This document shows positions 20,665 through 30,477 of a stretch of 64,000 nucleotides of DNA, in pieces. Below the pieces are notes generated by a model that had not been told where the DNA came from, did not search any database, and was given only the letters and a program-made list of their open reading frames with translations. The stretch lies in assembly GCA_964512095.1 (NCBI GenBank), contig CAZEIH010000010.1, positions 14,743 to 78,742 on the forward strand, in the 5' to 3' direction. A program made the position numbers and the translations under genes. Numbering within the stretch: the first letter of the stretch is position 1; each line of letters opens with the position of its first letter. The DNA is from an uncultured Oscillospiraceae bacterium. GTDB taxonomy: Bacteria > Bacillota > Clostridia > Acetivibrionales > DTU013.

Positions 20665-21417
20665 TCATCTGCCCTCGTACTCCTCTTTCATTGCCTCCTC
20701 AATTTTGTCGAGTCTCGTTCCCGCTCCAGCATCAATGCTTCCAAGAGGCGTTTCAATAATGCAGTCACCTGGCTTCATACAACTGTCCGGAATTATTTCC
20801 ATTGAGTCAGTTCCCTCAGCCATAGTAGCCAACCTATCTCTATTTTCCAACAGGTATTGACTATCAGTGGGCGAAACCCTTATTATGGCTCCTTTCTTAT
20901 TGGAGCACTCGGACAGCGCACTACTTACCAGTTGGAGAATTATGTCTCTGTTTGTAGTTAACTCGGCAGCAGTTGCCTTTCTTGCCACCCTTATAACAAG
21001 CTCTACTATGTCAGCTTCCATACCCGCTATTATGCTTCCATATTCTTCAGCCGCACTATCTCTTATTTTGCCGGCCTCCTCCAAAATGGATCTGTTTTGC
21101 TCAGAGGCTGCCTCCATTCCTTCAGCGTAGCCTCTCTGCCAGGATTCCTCGGCAATATCTGCTGCTTCCTTCTCAGCTTTCAGCCGGGCCTCTTCCAGCA
21201 ATTTGTCAGCTTCCATACCTGCTTCCTTCAAAAGAACCTCACATTTTCGCCTAGCTCTTTCCAGCAGTTCTTCTGGATCGGTAGGCTCATATTGAAGGTC
21301 TTCATTTTCTTCCAAATCTTCATCAGTGTTGCTAAAATTTTGAGGAGGATCCGGTACCCTTATCTGATATGGCCTTCCATAAGTAACTTGATTATTTTTA
21401 AAGACCTTGTTATACAA
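20665..21417 (-). CDS. fliH: Flagellar assembly protein FliH
   Basis: GYAEG repeat region, GDCIIETPLGSIDA. Confidence 0.92.
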   Translation of the reverse strand: MYNKVFKNNQVTYGRPYQIRVPDPPQNFSNTDEDLEENEDLQYEPTDPEELLERARRKCEVLLKEAGMEADKLLEEARLKAEKEAADIAEESWQRGYAEGMEAASEQNRSILEEAGKIRDSAAEEYGSIIAGMEADIVELVIRVARKATAAELTTNRDIILQLVSSALSECSNKKGAIIRVSPTDSQYLLENRDRLATMAEGTDSMEIIPDSCMKPGDCIIETPLGSIDAGAGTRLDKIEEAMKEEYEGR

Positions 21418-22432
21418 TTATTTCATCACCTCCGCCTCTGGAAATGACAATCTCACCTGCATCCTCAAGCTTTCTAATGATATTGACTATCTTTTGTTGG
21501 GCTTCCTCAACATCCTTTAGTCTTACAGGACCCATAAATTCGATATCCTCCCTAATCATTTCAGAAAGCCTCTTGGACATATTTGAATAGATAACCTTTT
21601 GCACTTCATCCGTAGCACCCTTAAGTGCTATTGCAAGCTGGTTGTTCTCAACATCCCGCAGGAATCTCTGAATAGCACGGTTGTCCAATGTAAGGATATC
21701 CTCGAATACAAACATCCTCTTCCTTATCTCTTCTGCTAAATCTGTATCCTCTATCTCCAGTGTTTCCATAATGTATTTTTCTGTTCCTCTGTCTACCGTA
21801 TTAAGTATATTGACAATTGACTGTACTCCACCGGCTGCAGTGAAATCCTCTGTAACAAGGGATGACAGGTTCTTTTCCAGTATACGCTCAACTTCCTTTA
21901 TGACCTCAGGTGAGGTCCTGTCCATAACAGCAATACGCCTTGCAACATCAGCCTGTTTGTCCTGTGGAAGGGCTGCCAATACCACCGATGCCTGCTGTGG
22001 CTTTAGATATGCCAGTATTAAGGCTATGGTCTGAGAATGTTCTTTTTGAATAAAATTCAGCAGTTGTGCCGGATCAGCTTTCCTAACAAATTCAAAGGGC
22101 CTTACCTGAAGAGACACTGTCAGCTTGTTGATGACATCCAATGCCTTTTGCGTACCAAGTGCTTTTTCAAGAATTTCCTTTGCGTAACCAATACCACCCT
22201 CGGCAATATATTCCTGAGCAAGACATATTTGATAGAACTCTTCCATGACCCTTTCCTTTTCTTCGGGGGAAACAGTTCTAATATTAGCTATCTCAAGTGT
22301 TAGCTGTTCTATCTCCTCTTCCTTAAGATGCTTGAAAATCTCAGCTGATTTTTCAGGCCCCAGTGATATTAACAGCATTGCCGCTTTTTCGCGGCCAGAT
22401 CTATCGGATTTTATACCCACTGACCTTGCCAT
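21410..22432 (-). CDS. fliG: Flagellar motor switch protein FliG (likely start 22432)
   Basis: GREKAAMLLISLG, EHSQTIAL, MFVFEDI, GPVRLKDVE. Confidence 0.97.
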   Translation of the reverse strand: MARSVGIKSDRSGREKAAMLLISLGPEKSAEIFKHLKEEEIEQLTLEIANIRTVSPEEKERVMEEFYQICLAQEYIAEGGIGYAKEILEKALGTQKALDVINKLTVSLQVRPFEFVRKADPAQLLNFIQKEHSQTIALILAYLKPQQASVVLAALPQDKQADVARRIAVMDRTSPEVIKEVERILEKNLSSLVTEDFTAAGGVQSIVNILNTVDRGTEKYIMETLEIEDTDLAEEIRKRMFVFEDILTLDNRAIQRFLRDVENNQLAIALKGATDEVQKVIYSNMSKRLSEMIREDIEFMGPVRLKDVEEAQQKIVNIIRKLEDAGEIVISRGGGDEIIV

Positions 22433-22459
22433 ATAAATAAACCTCTCCAATCACTAGCA

Positions 22460-24040
22460 TTAACCATCCCATTCGTCAGATAGCCAGTTTCTCAGAAGCT
22501 GCGCCACGGAATCAGGCTTTTGCTTCACAAACTTATCAATTTGCTTTTTAATCTCAGATCTTTCTTCAAGCTCTATTTCCGGTATTTGTTCATCATAGTC
22601 CGGTACAGCAAATTTCGGACTACCTGCAAGAGGTACTGGGATAGCCTCATCACCTCTGTTTTTCTTTCGTGGAATGCCAACTATCAGCATACCAACTATT
22701 AACAGAACCATAATGGCAAAGAACCCATAATCTCTAACCAGTTCTCTAATAATGTCCGCAGCCATTTCTTCCACATCTTCTTTTGGTAAAAGCTTGAGTT
22801 TATTCACTGATATGTTTCTTACAGGTATCCCTGTAGCCGTACTGGCGGCAGTTTTTATTTCGGTTATGAAATCATCTCCCAGCCTCGTGTCGTCGGGAAC
22901 CTTGTGACCATACCACAAAGAAATCGCCAAGCCAGATTCATTAGTAATCATTTTCCCTGTGGCCTTTTCATGCTCACTTATTTTTTCATCATACCCGTAG
23001 TTGTACTCTTCCTGGACATTGGAATAATCGGAGCTTGAGCCATCTCCAGTCTGATACCCCTGTGCGTTAGTCTCACCTGGGTTAGTACCAATGCCCGGCT
23101 CTCCTCCTTCGGTACCGTTTTTCACTCTTTCCTCAGCAGTACTGCTACTTATTACTGCGCCGCCATCCATCCCTTCCGGGTTAGTTATAGTTTTTATTTG
23201 TGATTTTTCCTTGTCAAAATCCAAAATTACATTGGCTACAACTCTGAATGTGTCAAAATTGTCGAATTGTCCTCCGCTAAAATAATCAACAACCTTTTGC
23301 TCCAACTCGGTTTCCCTCTTTTTTCTTAACTCCTCTTGACTGTTGGCTGCACTTATGGAATTGTCTCCCGATGTGATGTTGAGTATATTACTATTATTAT
23401 CTATTACAGTAACATCGTTGGGATCAAGATTTTCAACACTTCTAGATACAAGCATCACAATGCCTTCAACCTGGGACGATGTCAGTGTTTTATTAGGCCT
23501 GACCATTACATTAGCAGTTGGTCTGGGCGCTTGAGAGCTTGCATTTAAAAATATAGAGGATTCCGGCGTTGCTAGAGTAACAGCAGCTTCATCAATGTTA
23601 TCAAGCATCTCTAGCTTTGATTCCAGGTCGGATACCTTTTGATGCTTCCAGATATGCTCCTTGTCCTGCTGGGTTGTTGTTATTCCGATGCTGGAGATAG
23701 CATCCTCGAAGGTAAAGCCCTCTCTTGGATAACCTGCCTGAGCCAGCACAATCTGGGCTTTATCATTATCCTTTTGGTCGATTACGATGCTTGTGCCGTT
23801 GCTTTCAGCTTCATTCCAGATGCCATTATCGTTGAGGATACCTATCATTTCTCCTACCTGCTTTTTGTCTGCATTTGCAAAAAGGACAATTCTATGAGGC
23901 CTGGTCAGCACAAAGATAGAAATACTTATAGCTACTACAACAATAGCTGATGTAATATATAGACGTGTTTTTTGAGATTTTTCTAAACTGCCCCAAAATT
24001 CCTTTAATTGATCAAGATACTTTTTTATGAAGTCCGGCAC
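22460..24040 (-). CDS. fliF: Flagellar M-ring protein FliF
   Basis: Two TM segments, ring-building motif region, C-terminal VAQLLRNWL, located between fliE and fliG. Confidence 0.92.
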   Translation of the reverse strand: MPDFIKKYLDQLKEFWGSLEKSQKTRLYITSAIVVVAISISIFVLTRPHRIVLFANADKKQVGEMIGILNDNGIWNEAESNGTSIVIDQKDNDKAQIVLAQAGYPREGFTFEDAISSIGITTTQQDKEHIWKHQKVSDLESKLEMLDNIDEAAVTLATPESSIFLNASSQAPRPTANVMVRPNKTLTSSQVEGIVMLVSRSVENLDPNDVTVIDNNSNILNITSGDNSISAANSQEELRKKRETELEQKVVDYFSGGQFDNFDTFRVVANVILDFDKEKSQIKTITNPEGMDGGAVISSSTAEERVKNGTEGGEPGIGTNPGETNAQGYQTGDGSSSDYSNVQEEYNYGYDEKISEHEKATGKMITNESGLAISLWYGHKVPDDTRLGDDFITEIKTAASTATGIPVRNISVNKLKLLPKEDVEEMAADIIRELVRDYGFFAIMVLLIVGMLIVGIPRKKNRGDEAIPVPLAGSPKFAVPDYDEQIPEIELEERSEIKKQIDKFVKQKPDSVAQLLRNWLSDEWDG

Positions 24041-24144
24041 TGCTTCACCACCTTGTAACTTGTATTTATCATTTGTAAACTGCCTTAATCACAATGTACA
24101 TACGGCGCCCAGCATCTGAAAATCATATTGATACTTGCCACCTC

Positions 24145-24153
24145 ATTATAACA
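24145..24153 (-). promoter_or_regulatory. Extended -10 (TGnTATAAT), possible internal promoter for fliF
   Basis: Minus strand AAGTGTTATAAT about 105 nt upstream of the fliF GTG; no good -35. Confidence 0.45.
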
Positions 24154-24216
24154 CTTCGGTTCAAAGAAAATTTTTCGTTTGTAGAAAAATCTTCTTGCTT
24201 CAGCAGTGTTTCAACG

Positions 24217-24277
24217 AGGCGGGAGATATGCTCACCGCCTGAAATGCGAATCGGCACCCGCCACCTATAGAGGTAGG
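24217..24277. repeat. Degenerate palindromic intergenic repeat, copy A
   Basis: AGGCGGGAG-atatg-CTCACCGCCT hairpin plus CCACCTATAGAGGTAGG; shares motifs with 50970-51040 and 61297-61333. Confidence 0.5.
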
Positions 24278-24294
24278 GGACATATATCGCTTCG

Positions 24295-24609
24295 TTATAT
24301 TTGCATTCTCATAATCTCACTGTAAGCATCCAATACCTTGTTTCTGATTTGCATTGTAAATTGAAGCGCTATATCTGCTTTTTCGGCAGCCAAAAACACC
24401 TGATGAATATTATCCGTCTTACCAGCTGCAAAATCATCAGCCAAATCCTGTGCACCTATCAAAAGGTTATTCGTATTATCAAGAGCCTGTTTAAAGTAAT
24501 CTGAAAAGGGAATTGTCATGCCACCTTGGGCTTCACTACCCTCTTTAGTCTCAAAAATGGAACGCGTTGGCGCCAGTGAACCGATAGTACCAATCTTATC
24601 AATCGCCAT
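24295..24609 (-). CDS. fliE: Flagellar hook-basal body protein FliE (likely start 24609)
   Basis: FSDYFKQAL...HQVFLAAEKA...QIRNKVLDAYSEIMRMQI. Confidence 0.96.
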   Translation of the reverse strand: MAIDKIGTIGSLAPTRSIFETKEGSEAQGGMTIPFSDYFKQALDNTNNLLIGAQDLADDFAAGKTDNIHQVFLAAEKADIALQFTMQIRNKVLDAYSEIMRMQI

Positions 24610-24631
24610 TTTGTACACCTTCCTTTATCCT

Positions 24632-24708
24632 TTTGCCTTTAACATCTGCCTTTGCCTTTTGCCTTTGCCTTTTGCCTTTGCCTTTTGCCTTTGCCTTTAT
24701 CATCTGCC
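24632..24708. repeat. Short tandem repeat (TTTGCC/TTTTGCC alternating, 13-bp period, about 3.5 units) bracketed by direct repeats TTTGCCTTTA(A/T)CATCTGCC
   Basis: Read directly between the flgC stop and the fliE RBS. Confidence 0.9.
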
Positions 24709-25143
24709 TATTTCAAGTGCTTTCATTGCTAGGCTCTTGGTCGTATTTATTGTAGTTACATTTGCTTCATAAGCCCTTGTCGCCGATATCATATTAACCA
24801 TTTCAGTTACAACGTCAACATTTGGCATTTGCACATATCCCTCATTATCAGCATCAGGATGCCCGGGATCATATACACGTTTTAGAGGACTTGTGTCCTC
24901 TACTATCCTTGATACCTTTACTCCCTTTGCCAGATATCTCTGCCTGCTGCTTTCAGATAAATACTGGGAAAAAGGTATACCCTGGGAGCTTTCTTCAAAT
25001 ACTACAAGTCTTCTTCTATAAGGTGTGCCATCTTCTGTCCTTGTGGTATTTGCATTAGCGATATTCTGGGAAATAGTATCCATACGGAGTCTTTGTGCCG
25101 TAAGCGCCGAAGCGCCGACATCAAGCGCGCCAAAATAACTCAT
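24700..25143 (-). CDS. flgC: Flagellar basal-body rod protein FlgC
   Basis: ISQNIANANTTRT, YDPGHPDA, PNVDVVTEMVNMISATRAYEAN. Confidence 0.97.
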   Translation of the reverse strand: MSYFGALDVGASALTAQRLRMDTISQNIANANTTRTEDGTPYRRRLVVFEESSQGIPFSQYLSESSRQRYLAKGVKVSRIVEDTSPLKRVYDPGHPDADNEGYVQMPNVDVVTEMVNMISATRAYEANVTTINTTKSLAMKALEIGR

Positions 25144-25146
25144 ACA

Positions 25147-25557
25147 TTATCTCTTCCCTTCATTTATTACTGACATAATCCTGTTGTAGCTGCCGTTTAT
25201 ACTCTGTACAAGTGCATTATAACGTATATCATTTTTCGCAAGAGAGGCCATTTCAATTTCAATATCAACATTGTTTCCATCAAGGCGAACACTTAGATTC
25301 TTTTGATCTTTGTTAATTCTAATTTTTTTATTGTCGATGCTTTTGCCAATCTGTAAATGTTTGCTAGTGGTGGTATTGCCTTTGAAACCACTCTTATTGG
25401 TCGCACTGTCGAGATATTCTTCGAAAGCTACCGTTGACCTCTTATAGCCTGGAGTATCGACATTTGCTATGTTCTGAGCGATTACTTCGTTGCGTATCCA
25501 CGTAGCATCTAGTGTTTTTTCTCGAAGCTGCAGATGGTTTGTAAGTTTACTAAACAC
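25147..25557 (-). CDS. flgB: Flagellar basal-body rod protein FlgB
   Basis: AQNIANVDTPGYK, RLDGNNVDIE. Confidence 0.96.
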   Translation of the reverse strand: MFSKLTNHLQLREKTLDATWIRNEVIAQNIANVDTPGYKRSTVAFEEYLDSATNKSGFKGNTTTSKHLQIGKSIDNKKIRINKDQKNLSVRLDGNNVDIEIEMASLAKNDIRYNALVQSINGSYNRIMSVINEGKR

Positions 25558-25616
25558 TCAGATCGTCTCCTTTGTATGTATATTGCGCTACAAACAATTA
25601 TGCTCATATATATATT

Positions 25617-25623
25617 TCGACAC
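25617..25623 (-). promoter_or_regulatory. Spo0A-box-like heptamer TGTCGAA upstream of flgB
   Basis: Exact TGNCGAA match 60 nt upstream of the flgB start; short motif, so a chance match is possible. Confidence 0.35.
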
Positions 25624-25860
25624 AATATACTGTTTTCCTTTAGTATTATCATGGAATAAAACAGCATACAGACATAATATTCCACGCTTCTTCCATAAAT
25701 TTTATCATAATAAATCGATAATTACAACAACATAATGTGGCCTCGGTAAAGTTATGACAACATATTGTAGAGAAATGCAATTGAATTGTAATCTATAAAA
25801 CATCAATGTAAGTGTTTAACTTTAATGTTTTCAACACTCCCATAACATTATTGCATAGTG

Positions 25861-27165
25861 TCACATTTTATACTTTTCTATGTGTTCTAAGGCAATATTG
25901 GCCATTATTAGATACTTTTCCTTTTTACTCTTAAATCTTTGAGAAGGAGTAGTAATGAGACCGAAACTGGCATTCATTGGCTGAAGCTTTCTAGTAGAAT
26001 TGCCAGATACATATGCTGCCAATGATCCAATGGCAGTTTCTCTAGAGAAGATAAGTGGCTTTTCACCCAAACACTGCAATGCTGAATTTGTACCTGCCAC
26101 AAGGCCAGAAGACGCTGACTCAACATATCCCTCTACCCCTGTTATCTGCCCTGCAAAATACAAATTCGGTCTTGAAATCATCCTGTAGGTCGCATCAAGA
26201 AGCCCCGGCGAATTTATATATGTATTGCGATGCATCACACCATATCTTGCAAATTCAGCATTTTCAAGGCCCGGTATTATTCCGAAAACTCGTTTTTGCT
26301 CAGGCCACCGCAGATGTGTTTGAAACCCAACAATATTGTATAGTGTAGCTTCTTTGTTGTCTTGGCGTAGCTGTACGACGGCATACGGCTCAACTCCAGT
26401 GGCTGGATCTGTTATTCCTACCGGCTTGAGAGGTCCGTAACGCAATGTATCATATCCATTCATAGCCATGCTTTCGACAGGCATGCAACCGCTGAACAAT
26501 TTGGTTTTTTCAAATGAGCGCATAGGTACTGTTTCCGCACCCACCAATTCGTTGTAGAATTTACTATATTGCTCCCTGTTCATTGGACAGTTGATGTAGT
26601 CATCACCGCCTTTTCCGTAACGTGAAGCTCTAAAGGCTTTGGTCATATCAATGGACTCATATGTCACTATGGGAGCCGCAGCATCATAAAAATATAAGCT
26701 GTCCTTGCCTGTGAGAGAAATGATGTATTCTGTTAATGCTTCCGTGGTCAAAGGTCCTGTAGCAATTATCGTAATACCGTCTCTTGGAGCCTCAGTAACT
26801 TCTTCTTTGTAAATAGTTATATTGGGATGGTTAGTAATTTTCTCTGTGACTGCTTTAGAGAATCCTTCTCTGTCGACTGCCAGAGCGCCTCCAGCAGGAA
26901 TTTTAGTATCGTCAGCACACTGCATAATTAGTGAGTCCAGACGGCGCATTTCTTCCTTTAGAAGGCCAACTGCATTTTCTAGCCGGTCAGCTCGTAATGA
27001 ATTACTGCAAACCAACTCGGCAAATGTATCCAGACTATGAGCTGCAGACCGTTTGTGCGGCTTCATTTCGTATAGCCTGACCTTAAGTCCTCTTTGGGCC
27101 GCCTGCCAGGCCGCTTCACTGCCCGCCAGCCCAGCCCCGATCACATTTATATATTGATTCACCAA
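25861..27165 (-). CDS. trmFO: Folate/FAD-dependent tRNA m5U54 methyltransferase TrmFO (Gid)
   Basis: VIGAGLAGSEAA, AELVCSNS, FAGQITGVEGYVES. Confidence 0.97.
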   Translation of the reverse strand: MVNQYINVIGAGLAGSEAAWQAAQRGLKVRLYEMKPHKRSAAHSLDTFAELVCSNSLRADRLENAVGLLKEEMRRLDSLIMQCADDTKIPAGGALAVDREGFSKAVTEKITNHPNITIYKEEVTEAPRDGITIIATGPLTTEALTEYIISLTGKDSLYFYDAAAPIVTYESIDMTKAFRASRYGKGGDDYINCPMNREQYSKFYNELVGAETVPMRSFEKTKLFSGCMPVESMAMNGYDTLRYGPLKPVGITDPATGVEPYAVVQLRQDNKEATLYNIVGFQTHLRWPEQKRVFGIIPGLENAEFARYGVMHRNTYINSPGLLDATYRMISRPNLYFAGQITGVEGYVESASSGLVAGTNSALQCLGEKPLIFSRETAIGSLAAYVSGNSTRKLQPMNASFGLITTPSQRFKSKKEKYLIMANIALEHIEKYKM

Positions 27166-27184
27166 TACCGGATTTCCTCCTAAA

Positions 27185-29275
27185 TTACTCCTCTTTTACT
27201 GCTTCTTTAATAAAATCGCATTTTTCACTGCTGCACTTCATTGAAACTTTCTTCCCGCTATATTTTTTGACCAAAAAGCTTCCGCATTCGGGGCAGTTTT
27301 CTCCAGCCGGCATATCCCAGGTCATAAAACCGCATTCCGGGTTTTTTTCACACCCCAGATACTTCCTCCCTTTTCTTGTCTTTTTCACAAGGACCTTATT
27401 GCCACATTCAGGACAGTTTACGCCCGCTTCTTCAAGTATGGGCTTTGTATTTCTGCATTCAGGGAAACCGGGGCATGCAAGAAACTTTCCATAACGCCCC
27501 ATCTTTATAACCATGTTCCTGCCACATTTGTCACATTCAATATCCGTCTCTTCATCACGTATTTCAATGGTACCTATTTTTTCTTCTGCTTCCTTCAGTG
27601 CGACGGCAAAGGGCTCATAAAAGTCCTTCATCAGGTCAGCCCACTTTTTGGTGCCCTCTTCAACCTCATCAAGCTTTTTTTCCATTTGGGCAGTAAACTT
27701 GGCATCAACAATATCTGCAAAGTTGTTTTTCATTAGATCATTGACAATTACCCCAAGCTCAGTGGGCTTTAAGAATTTTTTCTCTTTTTCTATATAACCT
27801 CTGGCAAGAATTGTCGTTATTATTGGCGCATAGGTACTGGGCCTACCGACGCCCTTTTCCTCCAGCATTTTGACTAGTGTTGCTTCTGTATACCTTAATG
27901 GCGGTTGTGTAAAATGCTGTTTATCTTCAAGTTTTTTTAACGTTAGCTTTTCATCCTGTGTCAACTCAGGTACGGATATATCTCCATCCTCCATTCCCTC
28001 GTCCCTTCCCTCTTTATATATAGCCAAATAGCCTTTGAATCTTAGCTTGGAACCATTAGCCTTAAACAACAGGTCACCTGCCATTATTTCAGCTGCAACG
28101 GTATCATATATTGCTGAGGACATCTGGCTTGATATAAATCTGGACCATATCAGCTTGTAAAGCTTGTATTGGTCATTGGATAAGGATGCCTTAATTCCAT
28201 CAGGCTCCATATCCGCATAAGTGGGCCTTATAGCTTCATGAGCATCCTGAGATGAAGACTTGTTTTTGTGTGCCCTTGCTTCCTTTGGTAAATATTTTTC
28301 ACCATATTTTTCGCTAATATACTTTTTTGCTTCCTCCCGGGCTTCTGTTGAAATCCTAACAGAATCTGTACGGATATATGAGACCAGACCGATGGTACCG
28401 TGACCCTTTACCGCAATTCCCTCGTATAACTGCTGGGCTATTATCATTGTCTTCCTTGTGGGAAAACCCAGCTTTCGTGATGCCTCCTGCTGCAAAGTAC
28501 TTGTGGTAAAAGGCGGCGGCGACGATTTTTTCTTTTCTCCATTTTTCACGTTGCCGACAACAAAATCCTTGCCTTCAAGCTGGCTTAGTATTTCGTCAAC
28601 CTGAGCCTTATTTCTAAGCTCAAGCTTTTCGCCGACTTTTCCATAAAACTTTGCATCAAAGGAAGGTCCTGATTTTTTCTTAAGAAGGCTGGCAATAATC
28701 GTCCAGTATTCCTCCTGCACAAATTCGTCTATTTCTTCCTCTCTATCACATATGAGCCTTGCTGTCACCGACTGCACACGCCCTGCACTAAGACCTTTTC
28801 TGATTTTTCTCCAAAGCAGGGGGCTAATTTTATAGCCTACAATCCTGTCCATTATGCGCCTTGCCTGCTGAGCATCAACAAGATTCATATCAATCTTTCT
28901 AGGTGTCTTAATAGCATTTTTAACTGCATTCTTTGTTATCTCATTAAAAGTGACTCTGCACTTGTCTTTATTATCAATTTTCAATACGTTTGCTAAATGC
29001 CAGGATATAGCTTCCCCCTCACGATCAGGGTCAGTTGCTAGGAATATCTTGCCTGCAGACTTGGCTTCCTTTCTCAGCTTGCTGAGTACTTCTCCCTTGC
29101 CACGTATGGTGATATATTTCGGTTCGAAATTATTTTCTACATCCACACCGATCTGGCTCTTAGGCAAATCTCTCACATGACCAACAGAAGCTACGATCTT
29201 ATAATCCTTTCCCAGAAATTTTCCTATTGTATTTGCCTTTGCAGGTGATTCTACTATAACAAGGTTATTTGCCAT
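27185..29275 (-). CDS. topA: DNA topoisomerase I
   Basis: IVESPAKA, TDPDREGEAI, SAGRVQS, SYIRTDS, C-terminal Zn ribbons. Confidence 0.98.
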   Translation of the reverse strand: MANNLVIVESPAKANTIGKFLGKDYKIVASVGHVRDLPKSQIGVDVENNFEPKYITIRGKGEVLSKLRKEAKSAGKIFLATDPDREGEAISWHLANVLKIDNKDKCRVTFNEITKNAVKNAIKTPRKIDMNLVDAQQARRIMDRIVGYKISPLLWRKIRKGLSAGRVQSVTARLICDREEEIDEFVQEEYWTIIASLLKKKSGPSFDAKFYGKVGEKLELRNKAQVDEILSQLEGKDFVVGNVKNGEKKKSSPPPFTTSTLQQEASRKLGFPTRKTMIIAQQLYEGIAVKGHGTIGLVSYIRTDSVRISTEAREEAKKYISEKYGEKYLPKEARAHKNKSSSQDAHEAIRPTYADMEPDGIKASLSNDQYKLYKLIWSRFISSQMSSAIYDTVAAEIMAGDLLFKANGSKLRFKGYLAIYKEGRDEGMEDGDISVPELTQDEKLTLKKLEDKQHFTQPPLRYTEATLVKMLEEKGVGRPSTYAPIITTILARGYIEKEKKFLKPTELGVIVNDLMKNNFADIVDAKFTAQMEKKLDEVEEGTKKWADLMKDFYEPFAVALKEAEEKIGTIEIRDEETDIECDKCGRNMVIKMGRYGKFLACPGFPECRNTKPILEEAGVNCPECGNKVLVKKTRKGRKYLGCEKNPECGFMTWDMPAGENCPECGSFLVKKYSGKKVSMKCSSEKCDFIKEAVKEE

Positions 29276-29367
29276 TATTTCCTCCTTGCGGGTATTTGTG
29301 GTGTTGCATATAAGTTCAAATCATATATTACCACACTTTTAACTAAAATCTACAATATGTTTTTTAT

Positions 29368-30465
29368 TTATTCAAGTAACTTGAAAAACTTTCCTGGAAG
29401 CTGTTCGACAAAACCGCTTAATTCAAGCATCACAAGAATAGATGAAGCTGCCTGAATACTAAGCCCGCAATCTCTTGCAATAGAATCAATATGTACAGGT
29501 CCCAAGACCAGTTTTTGGGCTATTGACTTTTCATCCCCTGTAAGCTTAATCTCCCCAAGCCTTTCTCCATAACCATTCGCATTTTTCCCTCGATTACCTA
29601 AATCCAATTCATCTATAATGTCTTCAACATCTGTAACAATTTTTGCCCCTTCACGAATGAGTCTATTCGTACCGACACTGGCAGCAGAATTAATATTGCC
29701 GGGTACAGCAAACACATCACGTCCCTGTTCCAATGCTAGATCCGCCGTTATAAGGGAGCCGCTTCTTTCGTTTGCCTCCACTATCGCAACTCCCTTGGAA
29801 ATGCCGCTAATTATTCTGTTCCTTGCCGGAAAATTGTATGGGACTGGGTTTGTACCTGGCGGGTATTCCGATATCACTGCACCATTGTTTATAATTTGCT
29901 TCATGAGCTCCCGGTTCTCCGGCGGGTAGACTCTGTTAACACCACAGCCCAATACCGCAATCGTTCTCCCTCCACCTTCAATGGCACCTAGATGTGCCTT
30001 GGAATCCACTCCTCTGGCCATACCGCTAACAACAGTTACTCCATATCTCGCAAGCTCCCTGGATAAACGCTTTGCCATATCAAGTCCGTACCAGGTAGCT
30101 CTTCTGGACCCTACAACTGCAACACACACCTGGTCATTTTCAAGCCTCCCCCTGTAGTAAAGCACAATAGGCGGATCTGTTATAAATTTCAAAGGCTCAG
30201 GGTATGATTGATCATTAAGGGTAACTATATTAGCATCACACTTTATGATTTGTTCCATCAATGCATCAGTTTGCTTTCTCCCCTCACTGTCCGTAATACA
30301 ACGAATCACCTTGGGAGTACATAGGCCTGATGCCTTCAGTTCACCCTCCCGGGCTTCCCAGATATATTCCGGTTCCTTGAAATGCTTAAGTAAAATATTC
30401 TTTCTCCTTGTTGACACTCCTGTCAATGCACTAAACCATACCCAGTATTTTACTTCGCTAGCCAT
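29368..30465 (-). CDS. dprA: DNA-processing protein DprA
   Basis: VVGSRRAT, VSGMARGVD, NFPARNRIISG, SGSLITA. Confidence 0.96.
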   Translation of the reverse strand: MASEVKYWVWFSALTGVSTRRKNILLKHFKEPEYIWEAREGELKASGLCTPKVIRCITDSEGRKQTDALMEQIIKCDANIVTLNDQSYPEPLKFITDPPIVLYYRGRLENDQVCVAVVGSRRATWYGLDMAKRLSRELARYGVTVVSGMARGVDSKAHLGAIEGGGRTIAVLGCGVNRVYPPENRELMKQIINNGAVISEYPPGTNPVPYNFPARNRIISGISKGVAIVEANERSGSLITADLALEQGRDVFAVPGNINSAASVGTNRLIREGAKIVTDVEDIIDELDLGNRGKNANGYGERLGEIKLTGDEKSIAQKLVLGPVHIDSIARDCGLSIQAASSILVMLELSGFVEQLPGKFFKLLE

Positions 30466-30477
30466 TTCGCCCTCACT

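Noticed and set aside
24632-24708. CRISPR array
   Set aside because: The units are 6-7 bp in tandem with no spacers, and there are no cas genes
25557-25861. c-di-GMP riboswitch upstream of flgB, and missing xerC-hslVU-codY between trmFO and flgB
   Set aside because: No GEMM or c-di-GMP-II-like consensus was recognisable in this AT-rich gap; direct trmFO-flgB adjacency is plausible lineage synteny
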